DNA of 64,000 nucleotides. It comes from Chitinophagales bacterium (GTDB lineage Bacteria > Bacteroidota > Bacteroidia > Chitinophagales > LD1). Each line of letters starts with the position of its first letter. Within the stretch, counting starts at the first letter, position 1. The notes under the pieces are model-generated. The model was not told the DNA's origin, did not search any database, and saw only the letters and a program-made list of their open reading frames with translations. Shown in pieces: positions 48,140-58,706 of the stretch. The DNA lies in assembly GCA_016787045.1 (NCBI GenBank), contig JAEUVA010000008.1, forward strand, positions 113,743-177,742, in the 5' to 3' direction. The translations under genes and the position numbers were made by a program.

Positions 48140-48631
48140 ATGCGCCTCGCTATAATACTTACGTTTACATTTATTCAGTTGGCTGCTTGTGGCCAATCCA
48201 AATCAAAACATAAACCCAGCAATATGAGTAATGATGATTCTACCAAAATAGTAAAAACAGATGCCGAATGGAAATCGCAGCTATCTGCCGAACAATACCG
48301 TGTGCTCAGAGAAAAGGGAACTGAGCGACCATTTACCGGACAGTTTTACCTGCACAAAGAAAGAGGGGTATATGTATGTGCGGCATGCGGGAACGAACTT
48401 TTTACATCTGATATGAAATTTGATTCGCACTGCGGTTGGCCCAGCTTTGACAAAGAAATAGCCGGAGGAAAAATCAAGACAGAGTTAGACACCACTCATG
48501 GTATGATACGCACAGAAATCATGTGCGGAAAATGTGGCTCTCACCTAGGTCATTTATTTGATGATGGTCCCACTGAAACTGGCATGAGATATTGCGTTAA
48601 CTCCGTTTCGTTAGATTTTAAGAAACAATAA
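48140..48631 (+). CDS. msrB: peptide-methionine (R)-S-oxide reductase MsrB (exported/lipoprotein form)
   Basis: 163 aa. N-terminal signal with LAAC lipobox. CxxC pairs (CAACGNELF, CGKCGSHLGHLF) and GWPSF motif. Confidence 0.9.
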   Translation: MRLAIILTFTFIQLAACGQSKSKHKPSNMSNDDSTKIVKTDAEWKSQLSAEQYRVLREKGTERPFTGQFYLHKERGVYVCAACGNELFTSDMKFDSHCGWPSFDKEIAGGKIKTELDTTHGMIRTEIMCGKCGSHLGHLFDDGPTETGMRYCVNSVSLDFKKQ

Positions 48632-48728
48632 AGTGTTGCCTTTTGCACACAATGCACATTTCCCCGAAGGTTAGCAGAGCGCTAAGTACAGTTTAGTATA
48701 TACCTTTATGAGGTAAAATCTGTTATGT

Positions 48729-49124
48729 ATGTACCGTATATTTAGCTTATGGCTATTGCTAAGTGGGCTTAGCTTTTCTGCTCAGGCACAATACAGTTTA
48801 ATCTTTTGCGAAGATGTAACTGCCGAAGGTAAACCCACCGTTATCTCCAACTCATTTATGGTTGATGATGATGGTGGAGTACTCAAGTTTTTACTTAAGA
48901 CGGATGAAAAAATAAACACAGACAACATTGACTTTCGCATATTCTATGTAAGTGATTCGGGTAAAGAAGAAGAAATATCGCGCATGCCGCAAAAAGTAGA
49001 TGCCAACTGGAATTTTGCATGGAAAGAAGTGGTGTTTTTTGACCCCGGCAACTACAAGATAAAGGTGTACACCGGCAAAGGCACATACCTCACCTCAGCC
49101 AACCTAAACATTAAAGGCAAGTAG
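48729..49124 (+). CDS. hypothetical secreted protein
   Basis: 131 aa with signal peptide (…LSFSAQAQ). No family recognised. Confidence 0.5.
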   Translation: MYRIFSLWLLLSGLSFSAQAQYSLIFCEDVTAEGKPTVISNSFMVDDDGGVLKFLLKTDEKINTDNIDFRIFYVSDSGKEEEISRMPQKVDANWNFAWKEVVFFDPGNYKIKVYTGKGTYLTSANLNIKGK

Positions 49125-49164
49125 TTTTATACCGGTATTTTTTTCTAATCGTCAGCAACACCAA

Positions 49165-49195
49165 TTGCCAAACGCAAAAAAAATGTGTAGGTTTG
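49165..49195 (+). promoter_or_regulatory. candidate Bacteroidota promoter (TTG -33 / TAggTTTG -7) abutting the guaB start codon
   Basis: TTG at 49165-49167, a 20-nt spacer, and an exact TAnnTTTG at 49188-49195. The ATG is at 49199. Confidence 0.3.
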
Positions 49196-49198
49196 CAC

Positions 49199-50680
49199 AT
49201 GGCAAGCAAAAATACTACCGGCAGCAAATTCGCTTTTGAGGGCATTACATTTGATGATGTACTTTTAGTTCCCTCCTACTCTGAGGTACTTCCCCGCGAA
49301 GTCAGCATCAAAACCAACTTCACCCGAAACATCCAAATCAACGTACCGCTGGTATCTTCAGCTATGGATACCGTTACCGAAAGTGCTTTGGCCATTGCTA
49401 TAGCCCGCGAAGGTGGTATTGGCATCATTCACAAAAACATGAGTATTGACAAACAAGCCGAGATGGTACGCAAAGTAAAGCGAGCCGATTCGGGTTTGAT
49501 TTTGGATCCTGTTACTTTAGATGAAACCGCCACAGTTGGGCAGGCGCATCGGTTAATGAACGAATTTAGAATAGGGGGTATTCCGATAGTGAACAAGGAG
49601 AAAAAGTTAGTGGGCATACTCACCAACCGCGACCTTCGGTTTGAAAAAGACATGAAAAAGAAGGTGAGCCAGGTAATGACGCACGAAGAGTTGATAACAG
49701 CACCTAAAGGAACCGATCTTAAAAGCGCTGAAAAAACATTAGAAAAATATAAGATAGAAAAACTACCTGTAGTAGATAAAAATGGTACGTTGGTAGGGCT
49801 GATTACTTACAAAGATATTCTCAAAGTAAGAGACAATCCAAACTCATCGAAAGATACACACGGCAGGTTGCTTAGCGGAGCGGCTGTGGGTGTTACTGCC
49901 GATATAATGGATCGCATAGCTGCATTAGTTAGCGTGGGTGTAGATGTAGTGTGTATAGATACCGCGCATGGTCACTCGCGCGGAGTACTCAATGCGGTAA
50001 AAAAAGCAAAACAAACATTTAAAAATCTGGATATAGTAGGTGGAAATATTGCTACCAAAGAAGGTGCGCAAGCATTGATAGATGCCGGTGTGGACGGTGT
50101 GAAAGTAGGTGTAGGCCCCGGCTCTATTTGTACTACCCGCATAGTGGCCGGTGTAGGTGTACCTCAACTTACTGCCATCTATGAAGCCAGTCAGGCGGGT
50201 AAACGCAAAGGCGTACCGGTAGTGGCCGATGGAGGTATCCGGTTTACCGGTGATATAGTAAAAGCCATAGCTGCCGGTGCTGATACTGTAATGGCAGGCA
50301 GTATTTTTGCCGGTACTGACGAAAGCCCAGGTGAAACTATTATTTATGAAGGCCGAAAGTTTAAAAGTTACCGAGGTATGGGTAGTGTAGAAGCCATGCA
50401 AGAAGGCAGCAAAGATCGCTACTTTCAGGATGTGGAAGATGATATTAAGAAATTAGTACCCGAAGGAATTGTAGGTCGTGTGCCATTCAAAGGCAGTGTG
50501 CAAGAGGTAATGTACCAATATATTGGCGGATTGCGTGCAGGAATGGGTTATTGCGGAGCAAAAAACATCAAACAATTGCAACAAGCCAAGTTTGTGCGCA
50601 TTACCAGCGCAGGAGTGGCAGAATCGCATCCGCATGATGTTACCATTACCAAAGAAGCGCCTAACTACAGTAGAAAGTAG
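49199..50680 (+). CDS. guaB: IMP dehydrogenase
   Basis: [17 protein letters not shown] pair, [11 protein letters not shown] catalytic loop and GGIRFTGD motifs. Start at ATG 49199. Confidence 0.95.
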   Translation: MASKNTTGSKFAFEGITFDDVLLVPSYSEVLPREVSIKTNFTRNIQINVPLVSSAMDTVTESALAIAIAREGGIGIIHKNMSIDKQAEMVRKVKRADSGLILDPVTLDETATVGQAHRLMNEFRIGGIPIVNKEKKLVGILTNRDLRFEKDMKKKVSQVMTHEELITAPKGTDLKSAEKTLEKYKIEKLPVVDKNGTLVGLITYKDILKVRDNPNSSKDTHGRLLSGAAVGVTADIMDRIAALVSVGVDVVCIDTAHGHSRGVLNAVKKAKQTFKNLDIVGGNIATKEGAQALIDAGVDGVKVGVGPGSICTTRIVAGVGVPQLTAIYEASQAGKRKGVPVVADGGIRFTGDIVKAIAAGADTVMAGSIFAGTDESPGETIIYEGRKFKSYRGMGSVEAMQEGSKDRYFQDVEDDIKKLVPEGIVGRVPFKGSVQEVMYQYIGGLRAGMGYCGAKNIKQLQQAKFVRITSAGVAESHPHDVTITKEAPNYSRK

Positions 50681-50758
50681 CCAAGATTACCCCGAGCTTT
50701 TTCTTCAGCGAATCTCACTTTTCGCTAACTCAACTTTGCCATTATCTTCGCGCCCCTA

Positions 50759-52549
50759 ATGAAAAACATACGCAATTTCTGCATTATAGCACACATTGAC
50801 CACGGCAAAAGCACCCTTGCCGACCGCCTTATAGAAACCACCAAAACCGTAAACGAGCGCAAGATGATGGATACCGTGTTAGACAACATGGATCTGGAGC
50901 GTGAGCGCGGTATTACTATTAAAAGCCATGCTATACAAATGGACTTTGTGCGTGGTGGCGAAAAATATGTACTCAACCTGATAGATACCCCCGGCCACGT
51001 AGATTTTAGTTACGAAGTTTCTCGCTCATTGGCTGCCTGCGAAGGCGCACTACTACTGGTAGATGCCAGCCAGGGCATACAGGCGCAAACCATTTCTAAC
51101 CTTTACTTGGCTGTAGAACAAGGTTTAACCATCATACCTATTGTAAATAAAATAGACATGCCCGGAGCAAATCCGGAGTTGGTAGAGGAGCAAATGATGA
51201 ACTTAGTGGGCTGCAAGCGCGAAGAAATCATTCACGCCAGCGGACGCACCGGACTGGGAGTAGAGAAAATTTTTGATGCAATTTTAGACAGAATACCCGC
51301 TCCAAAAGGTAACCCAGATGCTCCCCTCCGCGCTTTAATTTTTGATTCTATGTTTAATTCCTTCCGTGGTGTAATTGCTTATTACCGCATTTTAGACGGA
51401 AGCATTAAAAAAGATGATAAGGTAAAATTTATAAACACCGGAGCTACTTACTTAGCAGACGAAGTGGGTATTTTGCGATTAGACCTCGAGCCGCGCCAAG
51501 AGGTGCAAACCGGTGATGTGGGCTATATTATCACCGGCATCAAAAATGCCAAAGAGATTAAAGTGGGCGATACCATTACCCAGTTTAATCGCCCATGTGA
51601 GCAAGCCATTCAAGGTTTTGAAGATGTAAAACCAATGGTGTTTGCCGGCATTTACCCCATGGATAATGACGACTATGCCGACCTGCGCGATTCGCTGGAG
51701 AAACTACAACTCAATGATGCCTCCTTAGTTTTTGAACCGGAAACATCAATTGCGTTAGGATTTGGTTTTCGTTGCGGATTTTTGGGGCTACTACACCTAG
51801 AAATTGTACAAGAGCGCTTAGAGAGAGAGTACGACATGACCATTTTGACCACGGTACCACAGGTAAGTTATGATGCTTACTTAACAAATGGCACTAAAAT
51901 AGTCATCAATAACCCGGCTGATATGCCCGACATACAAAGTATCAACCGAATTGAGGAACCATACATCAAAGCACAAGTAATTACTAAGCCCGAATACATT
52001 GGCAGCATCATGACCTTATGTATGGATAAGCGGGGTATTCTCATTAACCAAAATTACCTGACAGAAGACCGTGTAGAATTGCATTTTGAAATGCCATTAG
52101 CCGAAATTGTTTTTGATTTTTACGACCGCCTTAAATCTATTTCACGCGGATATGCATCGTTTGACTACCACCCTATTGGCTATCGTGCCGGTGATTTAGT
52201 AAAACTGGATATTCTACTCAATGCCGAGCAGGTAGATGCTTTTAGCTCTATGATACACCGCACTAAGGCCGAAGATTTTGGCCGCAAAATGTGCGAAAAA
52301 CTTAAAGAGATTATCCCCCGCCAAATGTTTATGATTCCCATTCAAGCGGCTATTGGCTCAAAAATTATTGCCCGCGAAAACATTTCGGCCATGCGCAAAG
52401 ATGTAACCGCTAAGTGTTATGGTGGTGATATATCGCGTAAGCGTAAACTTCTTGAAAAACAAAAGAAAGGTAAAAAGAAAATGCGCCAGTTTGGCAAAGT
52501 AGAGGTGCCACAAGAAGCTTTTATTGCTGTACTGAAATTGAACGACTAG
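50759..52549 (+). CDS. lepA: translation elongation factor 4 (LepA)
   Basis: 596 aa. [33 protein letters not shown] and the LepA C-terminal domain. Confidence 0.95.
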   Translation: MKNIRNFCIIAHIDHGKSTLADRLIETTKTVNERKMMDTVLDNMDLERERGITIKSHAIQMDFVRGGEKYVLNLIDTPGHVDFSYEVSRSLAACEGALLLVDASQGIQAQTISNLYLAVEQGLTIIPIVNKIDMPGANPELVEEQMMNLVGCKREEIIHASGRTGLGVEKIFDAILDRIPAPKGNPDAPLRALIFDSMFNSFRGVIAYYRILDGSIKKDDKVKFINTGATYLADEVGILRLDLEPRQEVQTGDVGYIITGIKNAKEIKVGDTITQFNRPCEQAIQGFEDVKPMVFAGIYPMDNDDYADLRDSLEKLQLNDASLVFEPETSIALGFGFRCGFLGLLHLEIVQERLEREYDMTILTTVPQVSYDAYLTNGTKIVINNPADMPDIQSINRIEEPYIKAQVITKPEYIGSIMTLCMDKRGILINQNYLTEDRVELHFEMPLAEIVFDFYDRLKSISRGYASFDYHPIGYRAGDLVKLDILLNAEQVDAFSSMIHRTKAEDFGRKMCEKLKEIIPRQMFMIPIQAAIGSKIIARENISAMRKDVTAKCYGGDISRKRKLLEKQKKGKKKMRQFGKVEVPQEAFIAVLKLND

Positions 52550-52605
52550 TGCAAAGTTGTAAGTAACCATTCTTACACATTGCCGTTAAACAACTACTAA
52601 TACTT

Positions 52606-52893
52606 ATGGAAGTTAAATACACCAAACAAGGCAGCAAAGGCGCTTTTTACATAGAAAAAGATGGTCGCCATTTGGCAGACATGACTTTTAGCATGGCCGG
52701 TACAAGTATTATGATTATTGACCATACCGAAGTAAACGACAGTTTACGTGGCACAGGCGCAGGCAAAAAAATGGTGGAAGCAGCAGTAGAATTAGCCCGA
52801 AAAGAAAACTTCAAGATTTTACCCCTTTGCCCTTTTGCTAAAGCTGTAATGGAGAAAACTACCGAGTGGCACGATGTGCTGGAAATAAGGTAA
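52606..52893 (+). CDS. GNAT-like N-acetyltransferase (YjdJ-type small protein)
   Basis: 95 aa. ...HTEVNDSLRGTGAGKKMVEAAVELARKENFKILPLCPFA matches the short GNAT-like family. Confidence 0.7.
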   Translation: MEVKYTKQGSKGAFYIEKDGRHLADMTFSMAGTSIMIIDHTEVNDSLRGTGAGKKMVEAAVELARKENFKILPLCPFAKAVMEKTTEWHDVLEIR

Positions 52894-52986
52894 GCCGGTT
52901 GGTTTTGTGCATACTGTTCATCGCTACTATACTCGCCCTATTTACGGTTAGCTGTATGTAATAAATGTTTATTTCTTAGCCAACTA

Positions 52987-52994
52987 TACGTTTG
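52987..52994 (+). promoter_or_regulatory. candidate -7 promoter box (TAcgTTTG) upstream of atpD
   Basis: Exact TAnnTTTG match 103 nt upstream of the atpD ATG. No clean -33 TTG. Confidence 0.25.
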
Positions 52995-53078
52995 GTAATT
53001 CACCTTACCCGTTTATTTTCGCACCGCTTTTAAAGTTAGTCGTGCATTAACCCTACTTTTTAAAGCTAAATCACATAA

Positions 53079-54611
<1,533 letters not shown>

Positions 54612-54621
54612 TTCATTATTT

Positions 54622-54643
54622 CGGTTGGTGATGACACCAACCG
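54622..54643 (+). other. intercistronic hairpin between atpD and atpC
   Basis: cggttggtg (54622-54630) / atga / caccaaccg (54635-54643): a perfect 9-bp stem with no T-run. Confidence 0.4.
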
Positions 54644-54657
54644 CTAAAGATTAAGAT

Positions 54658-54900
54658 ATGATTTTAGAAATATTGACCCCCGAAAAAAAGCTCTTCAGCG
54701 GTGAAGCCACTTTGGTTCAACTGCCGGGTATAGACGGGTCGTTTGAAATACTGAGCAACCACGCACCACTCATTTCTGCCTTAGCAAAAGGCGAAGTAAA
54801 GTACAAAACATCTGAAGGAGAAAAAAAACTAACCATAGGCGGTGGTTTTGTGGAGTGTCTAAACAATAAAGTTATTGTGTGTGCCGAAGGCGCAGCATAA
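54658..54900 (+). CDS. atpC: F0F1 ATP synthase subunit epsilon (short form, beta-sandwich only)
   Basis: 80 aa. LEILTPEKKLFSGEA..VQLPG.DG.FEIL.NHAP pattern. Confidence 0.85.
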   Translation: MILEILTPEKKLFSGEATLVQLPGIDGSFEILSNHAPLISALAKGEVKYKTSEGEKKLTIGGGFVECLNNKVIVCAEGAA

Positions 54901-55014
54901 TTTTTGTTACCAACTAACTTTCAAAAAAGCCGGAGCGGGAAACTGTTTCGGTTTTTTTATGTTTTCTACCAATCACTACACATACCATTGGCAAGTGTTT
55001 TTACATTCGCACCC

Positions 55015-56853
55015 ATGTGCGGCATTGCCGGATTTATTAACCACCAACTTAACGCCAACCACCAGCAGCAACTCATTGACAGTATGCTGCAAACTATCAC
55101 GCACCGTGGGCCGGAGGCCAGTTGCTCATACATAGAAAACCAGTTGGTGCTGGGTCACAACCGCCTCAAAATTATTGACTTGAGCGATGAAGCCAACCAG
55201 CCCTTTCATTATGCTGATGTGGTCATAGTATTTAATGGCGAGGTATATAACTACATCGAACTGCGGGAAGAATTAAAGAAACACGGCTATGCTTTTCAAA
55301 CTGCAGGCGATACTGAGGTAATGTGTGCAGCTTACAAGCATTGGGGGGAAGATTGTGTAAAGCACTTTGTAGGTATGTGGGCTTTTGCCTTGTGGGACAA
55401 AACTCAACAAAAGCTCTTTTGCAGCCGCGACCGGTTTGGTATAAAGCCATTTTACTACATAACCTATGGCAAAGATTTTTACTTCGGTTCAGAGTACAAA
55501 CCACTAAAATTAGCACCTTGTTTTAATGGAGAAGTGTACATAGAGCAAGTAAACAAAGGCCTGCAAATGGGCTGGAGTGAATTTGGCATAGATACCTACT
55601 ACGAGCAAATATTGCAGTTAGAGCCGGCCACTAACATAGTGTGGCAAAACGGTAACATAACAGAGAATGTTTATTGGAAAATTGACATCCACGGTCCTCT
55701 ATCTACACTAAGTTTCGAAGAAAAGAAACATCATTTTTTTAATCTATTTGTTCGGTCTGTAGAGTTGCACTCGCGTAGTGATGTAAAGAATGGTACTTGC
55801 CTTAGTGGTGGATTAGACTCTTCGGCCATTGCATCGGTGTATTCCACGCTAATGCCCGACACACCCATCCAATCGTTTACCGTTTTTTATGAAGGCGAAG
55901 GTGGTGTAGATGAAAGGCCTTTTGTATATGAAGTGGCAAAAAAGTATGGTAATATTCAACCTCATTTCTTCTCTCCTACCACCGAGCAGGTGGGCGAGGC
56001 CTTTCACCGCATGGCTTACCATGCTGATGTACCGGTTTTTGGGTCTTCATTTATATCGCAATATTTTTTGATGCAATTAGCCAAAAGCCAAGGGGTAACA
56101 GTGGTGATTGATGGACAAGGCAGCGATGAGTATTTAGCCGGCTACCTGCACTCGTTTTACAGAATTATAGGCGGCTTGTTTAGCAGAGGAAAAATTGGAA
56201 ATGGTCTTTCGCTGCTTAATGCTCTAAGTGAACGTGAACATTTTTCACCTAAAAAGAAGCGTGATTTTTTACTGAAGAGTTTGGTATCAGTCTTTACTAA
56301 TGAGCAACAAATTTCTAATCTGGAGTACAGCAAATTGAATCCCTTGCTAACTCATGCAAAAACTAAGGGCCGCATATACTTTAACCATAATCACCCCGAT
56401 AAACTCAATGAGCTTTTATTAGTACTATTGATGGAAACCACTCTCCCAACATTACTTCATTTTGAAGATCGAAACTCTATGGCTTTCTCGTTAGAGAGTA
56501 GAGTACCTTTTTTAGACCATCGTTTGGTAGAGTTTGCTTTTACATTACAAAGAGAAGAGAAGATAAACAACCGCGCTGAAACCAAATTTATACTTCGCGA
56601 AGCGCTGAAAAACGTATTGCCAAAAGCAGTATATGAACGCAAAGACAAAAAGGGGTTTGTAACTCCTGGAGAAGTACGTTGGCTGAATGGCCCGTTAAAG
56701 CATCTACTGGAAATAGATTACAAAAAATTTGACTGGATGAAAACAGAAAAACTGAAACAACTGGTAGACAACTACAAGAAAGGAGATACATCTAATGCCA
56801 ATATGGTTTGGAAAATTGCCGCTACGCATTACTGGCTTAAGCACTTTGCTTAG
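55015..56853 (+). CDS. asnB: asparagine synthase (glutamine-hydrolysing)
   Basis: Starts MCGIAGF (N-terminal nucleophile Cys) at ATG 55015. SGGLDSS PP-loop motif. The ORF-track N-terminal extension is rejected. Confidence 0.9.
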   Translation: MCGIAGFINHQLNANHQQQLIDSMLQTITHRGPEASCSYIENQLVLGHNRLKIIDLSDEANQPFHYADVVIVFNGEVYNYIELREELKKHGYAFQTAGDTEVMCAAYKHWGEDCVKHFVGMWAFALWDKTQQKLFCSRDRFGIKPFYYITYGKDFYFGSEYKPLKLAPCFNGEVYIEQVNKGLQMGWSEFGIDTYYEQILQLEPATNIVWQNGNITENVYWKIDIHGPLSTLSFEEKKHHFFNLFVRSVELHSRSDVKNGTCLSGGLDSSAIASVYSTLMPDTPIQSFTVFYEGEGGVDERPFVYEVAKKYGNIQPHFFSPTTEQVGEAFHRMAYHADVPVFGSSFISQYFLMQLAKSQGVTVVIDGQGSDEYLAGYLHSFYRIIGGLFSRGKIGNGLSLLNALSEREHFSPKKKRDFLLKSLVSVFTNEQQISNLEYSKLNPLLTHAKTKGRIYFNHNHPDKLNELLLVLLMETTLPTLLHFEDRNSMAFSLESRVPFLDHRLVEFAFTLQREEKINNRAETKFILREALKNVLPKAVYERKDKKGFVTPGEVRWLNGPLKHLLEIDYKKFDWMKTEKLKQLVDNYKKGDTSNANMVWKIAATHYWLKHFA

Positions 56854-56865
56854 AGCAATTTAGTG

Positions 56866-57216
56866 TTAGTTGGTGGCTTTGGGTTCCGGCTGGTCTTTAC
56901 CCCACTTAGCTTTGCAGCGGGCGGCAAACTCAGTTCTAAACTCATTGCGTTCATCAGCACTCATACTTTCCCATTTAGCTTTCCAAAGTTTACGCTGGCC
57001 AAACGGACCGGTGTGTATGCGTATTCCGCCCAATAAAATTTTTGAAAGCACCACAAGACCAATGGCTTGGTAAAAATTAATCACCGGCAGGTGAAATAAC
57101 TCAGGCATGAGCCAGTTCCAAAGGTGCATAGTGATGTAACCCAGCAAAAAGAATGCTGCCGCAAAAAGTGCTATTCCACCAATTACCTTCAGTACTATAG
57201 CAGTTATCTTGTTCAT
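56866..57216 (-). CDS. hypothetical 2-TM membrane protein downstream of an ECF sigma factor (possible regulatory partner)
   Basis: 116 aa. Two hydrophobic helices, then a basic helical tail (KLWKAKWESMSADERNEFRTEFAARCKAKW). 9-nt gap from the sigma gene. Confidence 0.5.
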   Translation of the reverse strand: MNKITAIVLKVIGGIALFAAAFFLLGYITMHLWNWLMPELFHLPVINFYQAIGLVVLSKILLGGIRIHTGPFGQRKLWKAKWESMSADERNEFRTEFAARCKAKWGKDQPEPKATN

Positions 57217-57225
57217 ACTTGTGTT

Positions 57226-57786
57226 TTAGATGGCTAATTCATCATAAAATTGCTGCAACTTTCCGCGCAAATACAATACTGCATAGCGCTTGCGCGAGAG
57301 CAGTGTATTCACATTGGCACCGGTCAGTTCTTCAATTTCTTTGAAACTCTTGTCCTCAATTTCGTGTAAAATAAATACCTGACGCTGCTCTTCAGGCAAT
57401 TCTCCAAGTGCCTGCAACAAGGCCTCTTGAATGGCTTGCCGCATCATCTCCGTTTCGGGTGAATTGGAACGTGAAGGCAAAAAATCAGATATATCCAGTC
57501 TGTCTCCATCATCACCGGCACGTATGGCAAAATGTTCTTCCAGCGAATCCGGTTTTTTCTTGCGGTAGCGATCAGTGATTTTGTTGCGGGCAACCGTAAA
57601 AAGCCATGAAGCCATTTGCTCTACGGGCTTCATCATCCGGTATGTATTTACTAATTCATAAAATACATCTTGCAAAACATCTTCGGCATCTTCTTGTGTA
57701 GGTACGCGCTTGCGAATAAAATCAAGCAGTCGCCTGCGCTCGCGCACAATTACCTCACTTAAAGATTCGTTTTGAGTATCTGCCAT
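57226..57786 (-). CDS. RNA polymerase sigma factor, ECF (sigma-70 family, regions 2 and 4)
   Basis: Region 2 DAEDVLQDVFYEL...W and region 4 ...SFKEIEELTGANVNTLLSRKRYAV. Start at ATG 57786. Confidence 0.88.
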   Translation of the reverse strand: MADTQNESLSEVIVRERRRLLDFIRKRVPTQEDAEDVLQDVFYELVNTYRMMKPVEQMASWLFTVARNKITDRYRKKKPDSLEEHFAIRAGDDGDRLDISDFLPSRSNSPETEMMRQAIQEALLQALGELPEEQRQVFILHEIEDKSFKEIEELTGANVNTLLSRKRYAVLYLRGKLQQFYDELAI

Positions 57787-57994
57787 TGAAATTGCCAGGT
57801 TGACCATGAGTTACTTCTTAAGTAAGAAGTATGACGCACCGTTTTGACCAATATTTTACAAACGAACATAATCTTTGCACAAACTATTGCTCCAATTTGC
57901 CAATAAATGCAAAAATTGGGATTGTCTATTTTTTTTAAACCTGCTGTAATGCTGTTGATATTCAATACGCTCAGCAGTATATTTTCTACACAAC

Positions 57995-58624
57995 TTGCAT
58001 CCGTTGAGCAGTACAATAAAACATACCGATTTACTACCAGTGATGGAGCATTTCTACACCATTCAAGGGGAAGGATTCCATCAGGGAAAGCCAGCGTACT
58101 TTGTGCGCTTAGGGGGCTGTGATGTGGGATGCCCCTGGTGCGATGTAAAAGAGAGTTGGGATGCACAGGCACACCCTAAATGGAGTGTAGAAAAAATCAC
58201 CCAAGAGGTAACCGCAACAACTGCTCCCATTTGCGTAGTAACCGGTGGTGAACCGTTGATGCACAACCTACATTCTCTCACCAATCATTTGCAAAACAAT
58301 GGTGTACGAACACATCTGGAAACAAGTGGCTCACACCCACTATCCGGCACTTGGGATTGGATTTGTATTTCGCCAAAGCGGTACAAACTCCCGTTGGATG
58401 AATGTATAAAAGCGGCACACGAATTGAAAGTGGTAATCAGCTACCGTAACGATTTGCGGTTTGCAGAAGATTTTGCAGCACAGGTCAATGCAAGCTGCAA
58501 ACTGTATCTGCAACCGGAGTGGGACAAAAGTGACGAAATGATACCACTGATTATCAACTATGTAAAAGAGTACCCCAAGTGGCAAATAAGCTTACAGGTG
58601 CACAAGTACATGAACATACCGTAA
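57995..58624 (+). CDS. queE: 7-carboxy-7-deazaguanine synthase QueE (radical SAM)
   Basis: LPVMEHFYTIQGEG...FVRLGGCDVGCPWCD motif. The start is uncertain: TTG 57995 per ORF track, or ATG 58043. Confidence 0.85.
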   Translation: MHPLSSTIKHTDLLPVMEHFYTIQGEGFHQGKPAYFVRLGGCDVGCPWCDVKESWDAQAHPKWSVEKITQEVTATTAPICVVTGGEPLMHNLHSLTNHLQNNGVRTHLETSGSHPLSGTWDWICISPKRYKLPLDECIKAAHELKVVISYRNDLRFAEDFAAQVNASCKLYLQPEWDKSDEMIPLIINYVKEYPKWQISLQVHKYMNIP

Positions 58625-58706
58625 CCACTGGATAACAACAAGAATTTAGAATTAAAAAGCAAAACAGAACCACTTAAATACATAATTTAATTTTAATAAA
58701 TAAAGA

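Noticed and set aside
57808-57994. Possible preQ1 riboswitch upstream of queE
   Set aside because: I looked for the short preQ1-I hairpin with an A-rich tail and did not find a convincing match by eye. An Infernal scan would settle it.
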